A stretch of 63,936 bases of DNA, counting the filler. It is 10 parts of 10 records of this genome, joined end to end, with 100 filler letters (N's around TTAATTAATTAA, not from the genome) between each part and the next. Parts side by side here need not be neighbours in the genome. Positions count along the whole stretch, not along the records: positions 52,089 to 63,936 come from SRR7504441_3020; 9 more parts are not named here. The stretch is one strand, 5' to 3'. The notes below the pieces were generated by a model. That model was given only the letters and a program-made list of their open reading frames with translations. It was not told where the DNA came from and searched no databases. The position numbers and the translations under genes were made by a program. Positions 54,789 to 63,936 of the stretch are shown piece by piece. Numbering within the stretch: position 1 is the first letter of the stretch; each line of letters starts with the position of its first letter.

Positions 54789-54859
54789 CGTTGCCGAAGA
54801 GACAACTCCAAGGTGAACTCCTCCCAATCATAACGGACATTCCAGAATCGTCACCATCC

Positions 54860-55903
54860 ATGCGAGACTTCTATGAGGCCCGCGGGAGCTCCCGGGCGCG
54901 GCGGCGAGCGGACCGGGCAGGTGCTCGGGGTGTCCAAGCTAGCCTCGCAGGACGAAATCAAGCGCGCCTACCGCAAGCTCGCCCTCCGATGGCGTACGGC
55001 CGCCCGCCCGGCCCGGGGGCCGACCGGGTCCCTGGCAGACCCGGACAAGAACCCTGCAAACCCCAGGCAGGCCGAGGTGCCGCGCCCGCCCGCCGCCCGC
55101 TCAGCCGCCCACAGGAACGGTTTAAGCTCATCGCCGAAGCGTGCGCCGGCTGCTTGTCCGGGCCGCTGAGTGGCCGACGCGCAGGTACGCCACACTGTCA
55201 GACGGTGAAGTGCGGCAGCGGTACGACAGCAGACAGAACGAGCAGCCGCGCCGGTCGGGGCACGGGCACTCTGGGCGGCAGCCGAGTGGATGGGGCGGGC
55301 ACCCGGCTCATGGAGGGCCGATTCGGAGTACTTTCAGCATGGGGCAGGCCGAGGCGGTGTACAGCGGATTCTTTGGTATGTCGGACCCGTTCCACTCGTT
55401 CATGGGGCACGGGAGCACCATGGACGTCCGACCGACCGACCGAGTCTCGTGCAACAGGACAGGCGCCGGCTGGCCCTGCCTGCTGTGACGGGACGGCAGT
55501 CACGCGTGCTGACGGTTCAGTTGAGCGGAGCGCGTTATTCCGGCATGCGGATGGGACGGTTGACGTGTTCTGCAACGGACCGGAGCAGATGCACGAGAGC
55601 ACAGCGGCGGCCCGCAGGTGCATCTACCAGCCAGGGGATCCGGTTCCTGCGCTCGGGTCGGCACCGCAGGGCGCGTACCTGCCTTCGGAGAGAGACCACT
55701 ATGAGGCCCCGAGGGCGCAACACCGGGCCCCGCAGGCGGTAGACCGCTCGAGGGACTGGCTTAACCATCCGTACCCGGCGCAAGCGCCGCAGATCAGCAG
55801 CTCTAGGAGGGATACTGGCAGGTGGCTGGCCGGGTGTGCTAGCAAGACTGGCGGCAGGATGACCACTGGGAGGAGCACGGGGAGGAGCCTCCTATACGCT
55901 TGA
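54860..55903 (+). CDS. DnaJ/Hsp40 (DNAJB6-like), 5 introns
   Basis: Spliced [36 protein letters not shown]...ERFKLIAEAYATLSD...YD; the His codon of HPD is split by intron 54994-55038. Confidence 0.9.
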   Translation: MRDFYEARGSSRARRRADRAGARGVQASLAGRNQARLPQARPPMAYGRPPGPGADRVPGRPGQEPCKPQAGRGAAPARRPLSRPQERFKLIAEACAGCLSGPLSGRRAGTPHCQTVKCGSGTTADRTSSRAGRGTGTLGGSRVDGAGTRLMEGRFGVLSAWGRPRRCTADSLVCRTRSTRSWGTGAPWTSDRPTESRATGQAPAGPACCDGTAVTRADGSVERSALFRHADGTVDVFCNGPEQMHESTAAARRCIYQPGDPVPALGSAPQGAYLPSERDHYEAPRAQHRAPQAVDRSRDWLNHPYPAQAPQISSSRRDTGRWLAGCASKTGGRMTTGRSTGRSLLYA

Positions 55904-56198
55904 GTGGGGCCCAAAGGGACGCCCACGCCACATAACGTGAGCATGATTATCAAGGCACGATACTTCGGGGATTGTAGCTTAGTAGTAGCAATAGGTTTAT
56001 ATAAGCGTTTTTTAATCACACATCTTAATTTGCATTGCATAATTATTTTGAATGAATCGGCAATCAGTAGTAGTGTCATTAAGCTAGGAGCAACGGGAGC
56101 GACCGCCGCTCGACCTCTGCCCCGCCCACCATCCCAAGCTTGCAATTGACACAGGGCCCAATCTAACGGCCGGCCGCGGCTTCAACCGGCCGCACGCA

Positions 56199-57692
56199 AT
56201 GCGGAAGCGGGCACTAGCGCGGTGCTTGTCTTCCTGGTCGCACCAGCACAGTACAGCCGGCAGCTGGTCGGGCCAGGTCTCGACGCTCTCGGTCCCCAAG
56301 CCATGGGCCACGCCGCATCCACCAGCCCTCTGCGCCCGTGCCCGCGCCCTCCTGTCCTCGGAGAGCCTGGCCGCCGCCCGCGCGCTGCTCCAGGCTCTGC
56401 GTCTGGACCGCGACGCGGACTCAGTCGACCGGCTGCCCTCGTTTGAGCTGCGCTGGATCGACCAGGGTGCATACACCCACGCCGGGCTGGAGGCCGCGCT
56501 TCGGACAGAGGTGGAGCAGCGTGTCGTGCCGGCGGTGCGCGCGCTGCTCGGCCGGCCGGAGCTTGTGCTGTGCGAAGCGCTGCTGCGCGCCTATCAGCCT
56601 GGCCGGCGGCGCGCAGTGCCTGCGCATTACGACGGGGACGCGCTGGCGACTGCGGTGGTGGAGATCGATGGCCGGTACACCGGGCCCGGGTTCTACTTGC
56701 AGACTGGGGCCGACGCGGCGAGCCGGCTCCCGATGCCGCTAGAGCCGGGCGACCTGCTGGCGCACTCGTTCGACCTGCAGCACGGGGTTAGCGTCGAGGC
56801 GGGCCAGAGGGCAAGCCTGGTCTTCTGGTTTGCAGATAGTACTGCCTCCTGCAGGAGCAAGGCGCGACCGTGGTACGATCAAGCGGCCGCCGCGGGCGAC
56901 GTTGACGCCTCTATGAACCTCGGGCTCAGCCTCTACCAGGCTGCAATCGATTTGGAAGCGCCTGGTAGCTACAATATTGCCGCTTTTGACCACCCAGCAG
57001 CTGCGAGCAGTGGCAGCGCCGACGAGCAGGCGATCGGGCGGCACCGAGAGCGGGAGCGGGAGCGGCTGGTGGCCGAAGCGCACCGGCTGATGGGCTATGC
57101 GGCGGAGCAGGGGCACTGGAAGGCACAGACGCGCCTGGCCGCGATGAAGATGCGCTGCGGCGAGCCTGAGGCAGCCGAGCGCTGGCTGCGGAGGGCGGCC
57201 GGACAGGGGTATGCACGAGCTATGCTCGATCTGAGTGCGCTGCTCGCTGACGCCGACCAGCCGGCCGAGGCGCGGAGCTGGCTGGAGCGCGCAGCAGAGC
57301 AGCGTTTGCACCCAGATTCCATGCACCAGCTCGCGCATCACTACAGAACTGACGGAGCTGTGGCCGAGCAGGCGCACTGGCTGGTGGCGGCAGCGGAGGC
57401 TGGTCTTCCGGAGGCGCAGCTCGAGCTCGGACAGGCGCTGTTGGCGGTAGAGCCAGGGCAAGCACTCGGGGAGGCGCTGGCAGCCGAGCTAGGGCTGCGA
57501 CCTGCCGAGCCGGGGGTGAGTGAGGCGGCGGTAAGTTGGATCGAGCGGGCCTCAGACCAAGGCAGCCGGGAGGCTGCTCTGGCGCTCGCGCGGCTGTACG
57601 CGCGGCAGAGTCGACCTGGCCGGTTGGTGCGGCTAGGCTCTGAGTGGGCAGCGGCGCTGTTTAAGCCTTCGTCCAAATGGTCCTGGAGCTAA
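56199..57692 (+). CDS. 2OG-Fe(II) oxygenase with C-terminal Sel1-like repeats, intronless
   Basis: RAY...VPAHYD (HxD)...LQHGV...RASLVFW; repeats WY.QAAAAG, YAAEQGH, WLRRAAGQG, WIERASDQG. Confidence 0.85.
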   Translation: MRKRALARCLSSWSHQHSTAGSWSGQVSTLSVPKPWATPHPPALCARARALLSSESLAAARALLQALRLDRDADSVDRLPSFELRWIDQGAYTHAGLEAALRTEVEQRVVPAVRALLGRPELVLCEALLRAYQPGRRRAVPAHYDGDALATAVVEIDGRYTGPGFYLQTGADAASRLPMPLEPGDLLAHSFDLQHGVSVEAGQRASLVFWFADSTASCRSKARPWYDQAAAAGDVDASMNLGLSLYQAAIDLEAPGSYNIAAFDHPAAASSGSADEQAIGRHRERERERLVAEAHRLMGYAAEQGHWKAQTRLAAMKMRCGEPEAAERWLRRAAGQGYARAMLDLSALLADADQPAEARSWLERAAEQRLHPDSMHQLAHHYRTDGAVAEQAHWLVAAAEAGLPEAQLELGQALLAVEPGQALGEALAAELGLRPAEPGVSEAAVSWIERASDQGSREAALALARLYARQSRPGRLVRLGSEWAAALFKPSSKWSWS

Positions 57693-57890
57693 GCCGCTGT
57701 TGTGCGTGTTAAAATGGATAGTAACTGAGTGTCTCACGTAGATTAATCCGTGGAGAACTAAACCTGTTGTGTGATCCAACATTCCGTACAATAAAAACCA
57801 TACGAGTATCGAATCAGCACAGCCTCGATCCGTTGGAAATGGAAGCGGCTGAGCTTCAGAGGAGGAAGGACAGGGTGCCGTCTAGCTAGA

Positions 57891-60800
57891 ATGCCATCTG
57901 GAGCCGCCGGGGCCCGGAGGCGGCAAACACTGCTGCTACCACTGCTGGTTTGCGCGTCGGCTGGGCTCAAACTCGAGTACCTGGAGAGCTTGGCCCAGCT
58001 GGAGGCCGACGGCGGGCCGGCGCCCGACGGCAGGCTGCTCGCCCACTGGCGGTACGATGCGGCCCGGTTTGTGATCGGACACATGGTCAACGCCCGCTCC
58101 GCCTCAGGGATCAGCTTTGAGAGCCGGGCGCCTGCCTCGGTGACTGAGAGCGCCCGGGCGCACTGGGAGCTGACCGCGGAGCACGCCAATGGCTCGCAGC
58201 TGGCAGTCACTACCAGCAACACTGCCAACACGCTCCGACTGCTCCCGAAGCTGCCGGCGGTGCTCACCCCGTTCGCCTCGCAGACCCAGCGCTATCTTGA
58301 CAACACCTGGATGAACGGGACCTTTGTGCGTTGCCCTCGCGGGCCCGGCTCAGCCCGGCCCAGGTGACCTCGATGATGCCGCCATTCACGGACCAAGCCG
58401 AGATCTACGTGCGGGTGATGCAGTACTACGGCTGGCAGAACATCTTCATCTTCTCCGACGCTGACCAGCTGTCCGACGAGGCTGCCGCCGCTCGCCGAGC
58501 CATGCTCAGAGTCTTGGGGCAGTTCTTTGAGCGGCTGAGTCGATACGACCAAGCCACAGGCACGGGCGAGATCAAAATCACCGGGATCTACCAAGTAATG
58601 CCAAAAACCACCGACGCGGTCACCCAGGGCTCAATCAGCACTGCTCTGGTGCCCCAACCAGCCGAGGCGGTGGCTCACTCTCTGGCTGCAGGCGAAGCTG
58701 GCTGCGTCTGAGACAAATGTCGTTGGGATGCTCTTCCAGGAAAGCACTGTGATGACCCAGTTCTTGCCGCTAGCCACTGCGCTTAGGGCTAGCAACATGC
58801 ATCTTGGGTGCAGTTGTCCTGCTGGGGCTCAAGGTTTGACAATCCTGTGTGGCAGCTATGCGTACCTCGGGAGTCTGGCGATGGAAATGTTCAGCTACAA
58901 CGACTCGCAGTGCTCGGCGATCCAAGGCTACCTCAACCCGACTCTGCAAATGAGGTCAGCCGTGCTCAGCGCTGGTTCTCACGCTCTGCAGTCGAGACTT
59001 TGTGCGACGGCTGAACGACATGATTAAGGCCCCGATCCAGAATAGCACAATGGCCGCCCAATACGATGCAGCTGGATTTACACGCCACACTACGCAGATC
59101 AAATCATACCTGGCGCTTGGGTTTGCCGCTGACATGGTGCGCCTTGCCTGGTGATCGAGCACAGCTGGTGGACAGGTGTCAGTTTACGCCAAGGCGCTGG
59201 AATCTCTGATGCAAGGTGCAAATACGAGCTCCTGGTCGCGCGCGGAATTGACGATGGCGCTGCGAGCCGTGACTCTGGCTGCTGATGGGGATGATACACT
59301 GACGGGTGATGTTGCTTTCAACCCAACCTCAGGGCTGCGGAAACAGCAGTGGGGGGTAAGCTAGCCATCATAGCTTAGGGGTGCGCTGGCGGATGATTGG
59401 TTGCTTGCAGCTCTATAGCATCGGTTGTAATAGCTCGAAAATGGCGATCCAAAACACAAGTAAAGAAAAGACCTGGATTGGAGTTTGGGATGAGACGAGT
59501 GGCCTGAGTATGAATGGCGCTGCTCGCGCTGTGGAGTTTCCTGGGTCGAATACAAAAGGGCAGCTTCCCATGGATCGGAGCCTCATGCGTCTGGGGCTGG
59601 CCTATTCTTCGTATAGTCAAGCCTGCACGTATGACTTTGCACTTCGGATGATCAACCAGGAGCTCCAAAGGAATCCGATCTCGTCGGTCACAACTCCGAT
59701 TCGATTTGCGGGTGTCCAACTGCCTCTGCCCAAGCGCAGCAATACGACGACACCCAAATGTGAATTGGCAGATAGTGCGCAATGTCCCATTGAAGGCAGC
59801 ACCACTATCACGTATCAGATGGAGCTGTTGAACAATCTTGTGAACAAGGCACTCAGTAAGAAGCCAAACGGCGCGATTGGTTTCCTTGGCACTGGCTTTT
59901 CTGACTTGAATCTACGGATACGGACCTTTCAAGGGTCCTCACAGCTCGGGTTTCCAGCGCTTCAGGTCGACAACGTGGCTATAGACCCTACACTGATCAA
60001 TAACAAGCATAACAAGTTCTACATGACAGCTGGCTCTACCCAACTCGATGGAGTGTTTGCTGTGTGCTCACTGCTTAAGTCTTTTGGGTGGGAGCGAGCA
60101 GGGGCCGTCTTCTTCACAAATGGCCTCGGGAAATCCTTTAAGCGTGCGTGGTACGATCAGATAGAAGAAGCAGGAATCAGCGCCAATGGTCTACTAGAAC
60201 TCCCTGTGGCGCCCTCTGGACGCCTGGACATCAAACGAATGGAGGAATCCGGATTCGCTGAAGGTGTGATGCGAGCATATCAGTTGACAGGAGTGAGTGT
60301 CACAGTGGCCTTCTTTGCAGGCTGGGCAGCCAATACCGATGATATGGCCTGGGTTGGTCGGAAATTGCACAACAGCGGCATGATGGATGCAGGGCGTGCC
60401 CTCATATTTCCACCAGGGTTCACAAAGGTGTTAAAAGACAAGCTCTGCTCTTTACAGATGGCCCAAGATGGTTTGTGCTTAGACACGACATTTCAGGCAT
60501 CGACTGGGGTTTGGGCATCCGGACCATTGTCACACTTCAGGCAGAGTGGCCTCGATGCGTTCATGGGTTCGCTATTTTTAGAGGACTGGCCACCAGATGC
60601 GGAGTTCCTGAGATCGGTCCGTGGTCAATGCAGCACAACCGCTGATTCTTTAGGCCTTACCAACTACGAGCTCTATCAATGGAATGACTGGGAGGTAGAA
60701 AGCTTACCCAGGGCGTTCAATTCGGTCTGGACCTACTATGAGGCCGTGCGTGCAGTTATTGAGCAAAGCGACTCTAGTGCAGGGAAGATCATCTATGATA

Positions 60801-63800
60801 GCAGCGCTTTCCGCGGAACTCTCCAGGATGTCAGATTTGTTTCCAACGTTACCCACCTATACCAGAATTACCCGCGCCACTGTGATTTTCACCCGAGCCT
60901 GGGGACATTGAAGATGCCAACAAGCAACAATCTAGCATACGAGTTCAAGATTCGTAACTTACGGCTAGCAAACAGCACTACAGTGGAATTTGCAGATGTC
61001 GGCGGGCTCTCGACGCTTCTTGAAATTGGTGACGTACGGTGGACTGTGAATCAAGACTGGGGAAAGCTGAGTGCTTCTGACACGGGCTGCCAACGTGAGG
61101 GCAGGCGGACTACCAGCACCAAGACCTCGGACAGGCCAACTCTCTACAGCTATAGGGATGGCGGTCACAATGTCAGGCCAGCTCGGAGGGGTGCGCCCTC
61201 CATCGTCTGGCCTGGTAGTGTAACCACCATCCCTATAGACTTCACTGCCTGTAGAGACGGTTGGTATTTCAGTCGGGATAGAGGCTTGTGCAGCCCGTGC
61301 CCGCGTAGCTTCTACTCCGGAGGAACAGATCTCGAGTGTATTAAATGCCCGCCCTATACCATGACGGCAACAAGCGCTGCTACAAGTATTTCCATGTGCA
61401 TCTGTCAAGTCGGAACCTATCGTCCCTATGAAGGCTCGGTGGGGTGTGAGCTGTGCAAAGAGAATTACTACTGCAATGGCACGCCTTTGAACACCACAGA
61501 GGAAGGCGTTTCTCTCGACTGGTGGGTGGAACCACCTCGAGCGGAGCAGGGCTACTGGACGGCGTGCAACTACCCACCGGATGATTGTGCTATTTATGAA
61601 TGCCCAGTGAAGGACCAATGTGTCATCGATTCGCAGTGTGATGGTAAGTCTCACGGCACTCTGTGCGCTGAGTGCAACGACGACTACTTGTCCAGTAATT
61701 ATGGTATGGCGTGTACCGAGTGCCCGGGCAGTGGCTCTTTTATAGTCCTATTCATTATCTGCATAGCGATTGGCATCACCTATGGTACATATCTCGTCAT
61801 GTCTACAACGAATGAGGGCGTGTTTGAACGCTGTGCTCCACGCTTGTCGATAGCCATTGTTACGATTGGATTCTTCCAGACATTTCAGGTGCTTCAAGCG
61901 GCTTCCGTGATCAGGGTCGATTGGGTACATCCAATCGACTGGTTGCCCAATCTTCCCACACTTTTGGGGCTGATACTCTCTGGCAGTGGACATTTGACTC
62001 TGATGAGGAGTTTTGTTCAGTGTTACACAGACTCATACACGTCTTTGAGTGTCATAATCGTCACGACGATGTCAACTGGCGTCATTGCTGTGCTCTGTGG
62101 AATCGTGGCTGGGATGCAATGGTGCCAAGAAAAGCCTGCAGATGTGAAAGCTGTGGTTGACAAAGTAGAAGATGTGTTGCCTGTTGTGAAGACGCCGTCA
62201 GAGCAGCGACGAGCCAAACTGCTTGCTTGGGCTACCGTGCTGCACTTTTTGTACGCACCTGCTGCAGCCGAGGTCATGCTTTCAGTAGGTTCCTGCACTC
62301 TGATCGACGACAAGCTGTACAACATGTATAATCTTAGTCTTGAGTGCTTTGGTGGAGAGCACATAGCAACAGTCGTCTGTGTCGTTTTACCTACGCTGCT
62401 GGTGCTGTGTTTAGCAATTCCATGGTATGAGCACAATTATATCTATCACGTGACGAAATCCGCTACCTACAAGGAGCGCCAATTCGAGCACATGTCGACC
62501 CAGGCGCTTGGAATTTGTCATCTGTCCTTTGAAGCTCGCTACTGGTACTACTTCAACGTGGTATTTTTCCGCAAAGTTGGGTTGGCCATCTGTGCTGCCA
62601 GCATCCATGCGGGCGGCATCAAGTTCCAGGCCTATGCAGCCATGGTTGTGCTCAACGCTGCTCTCCTGGTGCATTTTCGACAACAACCGTTCTATTACGA
62701 CGATGTGGACCAGTTAGAAAGTTACTCGCTTATCATTTCACAGGGGTATGCCGCAGCGTTGGCCCTGGCCGGAGACTTTGGAGATGATGGCGGGAAAAGT
62801 GTCCTCGCTGTTTGCATTCTAATTGCCCAGTTCGGCTTCATTGCTAAAGCTATTTGGGTATTTAGGCGCAACAGCGACAAGAATATCAACAACAAGGGAG
62901 CGATGGACCTGCCACGCAACCTGCCGGAGGGCCTCGGGGGTGAAGACGACTTGCCGCCTGAATCCGAGATGGGCGAGATGGATATTGAGAATCTGCGCGC
63001 AGCAGGAATGCTCCCTTGCCTTGGGGAGAATGCGCCACTGGAAGCCCATAAAAAGATGGAGTCCTTCACAAACAAATGGGAAATCAAGATCAACGAGCTG
63101 GTTGATTCTAGAAACAAGCGGGACATAGAGGAGGCGGAGGCTGCGCGAAGAAAGGGTCCAGGAGCAGTGATAGAGCTAGATATGAAGTCAGATGATTTTG
63201 AAGAGGATGAACATTCACCTCTCTCACCGAAGGATTCTGTGGATGATCCAACCTCCTCGCGTGCCGACTTCATCAAGCAGAGGCGTCACCGAGGACATAG
63301 GTCCAGGTCGAGTAGATCAACCCCAAAGGGAGCAACAATGCTCGAGATGGAAGAGGTGCCTAAGCCAAGGGCACAAGTAAGTCGATCAGAGGCGTCTCGT
63401 GATAGCAGGCAGAGCAGCAGAAGCACGACAGTAGCCGACGTGTCAAGCAGTGAGGCGACTGGGTTTGTGTGGAAACAGCAATCCAAACCGGGCACGACAA
63501 GGTCATCACAGAGGTCCGGGAAGAGTGGCCTGGCCCTTCAGGACGGGACTATCGACTACAGTGTGACGAATATCACTGAGGATGTGTCTGGGCGGCCGCA
63601 GATGGCCACCAGACCCACACCGAACAGCCCGACTGGGCGGACCAGATCGCATTCTGATCGCTCCCAGGAGCTAGAGAGTGGAGCAGAGCTCAGTGAATCG
63701 GTGGCAGCTTCGAGTAGACCGAGGCGGCCAGAAAGTCCCGCGAGGATGAATGTGTCGCTGGCTGAAGACTCAACTGGTCTTGACAGCAAAGAGACCGCTG

Positions 63801-63936
63801 GTCAGGCACCGGGTGTGAATATTCAACAACATAAGTCTAGCAAACCTCGCAGCAAAGGGAAGAGACCATCGCGGAAAGCATCAAACCCGGGTGGGGAGCG
63901 TTATGTGAAGAAGATGCAAGATTCCTCATCAGTGCA
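57891..63936 (+). CDS. Large membrane receptor: signal peptide, two Venus-flytrap (ANF-receptor-like) modules, Cys-rich GCC2/GCC3-like repeats, multi-pass TM domain, long tail; runs off the window
   Basis: Six 5' introns, then an exon from 59411 that appears open to the window end (absent from the ORF track, consistent with no stop). Motifs QAEIYVRVMQYYGWQNI, LTGDVAFN, LLKSFGWERA, CSPCPRSFYS, HGTLCAECNDDY, YWYYFNVVFFRK. Confidence 0.82.

Noticed and set aside
1016-59410. Micro-introns as an Introner/MITE family
   Set aside because: No mutual sequence identity, terminal inverted repeats or target-site duplications were seen beyond shared GC richness.
1-63936. Alternative genetic code or stop-codon reassignment
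   Set aside because: TAA, TAG and TGA all end conserved genes at expected positions, and internal stops fall within inferred introns.
1-63936. CRISPR arrays, rRNA/tRNA genes, transposases, viral hallmark genes
   Set aside because: No repeat-spacer arrays or recognisable motifs were seen; small RNAs could be missed by eye.

Overview
This is eukaryotic (protist) genomic DNA, not prokaryotic. It consists of ten contigs joined by artificial 100-nt spacers (44 N + TTAATTAATTAA + 44 N), so neighbourhood is only meaningful within a contig. The genome is GC-rich and very compact, and uses the standard code. About 30 protein genes can be reconstructed by hand once the very short (mostly 35-46 nt), GC-rich GT-AG/GC-AG introns are removed. 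They include EHD, the Pol III second-largest subunit, a 4E-T-like protein, CMC4, HIR/SPFH, MscS, a secreted AKR, two tandem ATP-Mg/Pi-type mitochondrial carriers, a degenerate myosin head, a DUF4838-like protein, Zwilch, PDI-C, a SUFU-domain protein, F-box proteins, NT5DC, RFT1, DnaJ, a 2OG-Fe(II)/Sel1 protein and a large Venus-flytrap receptor. The strongest novelty candidate is the gene at 13011-14350. There, a miniaturised SPX (inositol-pyrophosphate sensor) domain takes the place of the Ca2+-binding EF-hand domain on an SLC25A23/24/25-type ATP-Mg/Pi carrier, next to an SPX-less paralog. Other highlights are the unusual splicing signals, very short bidirectional promoters (23-71 bp between start codons), an F-box/AMBRA1-type WD40 fusion and a motor-dead, tail-less myosin. 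All family calls come from motif recognition by eye; no database searches were run and the organism is not identified.
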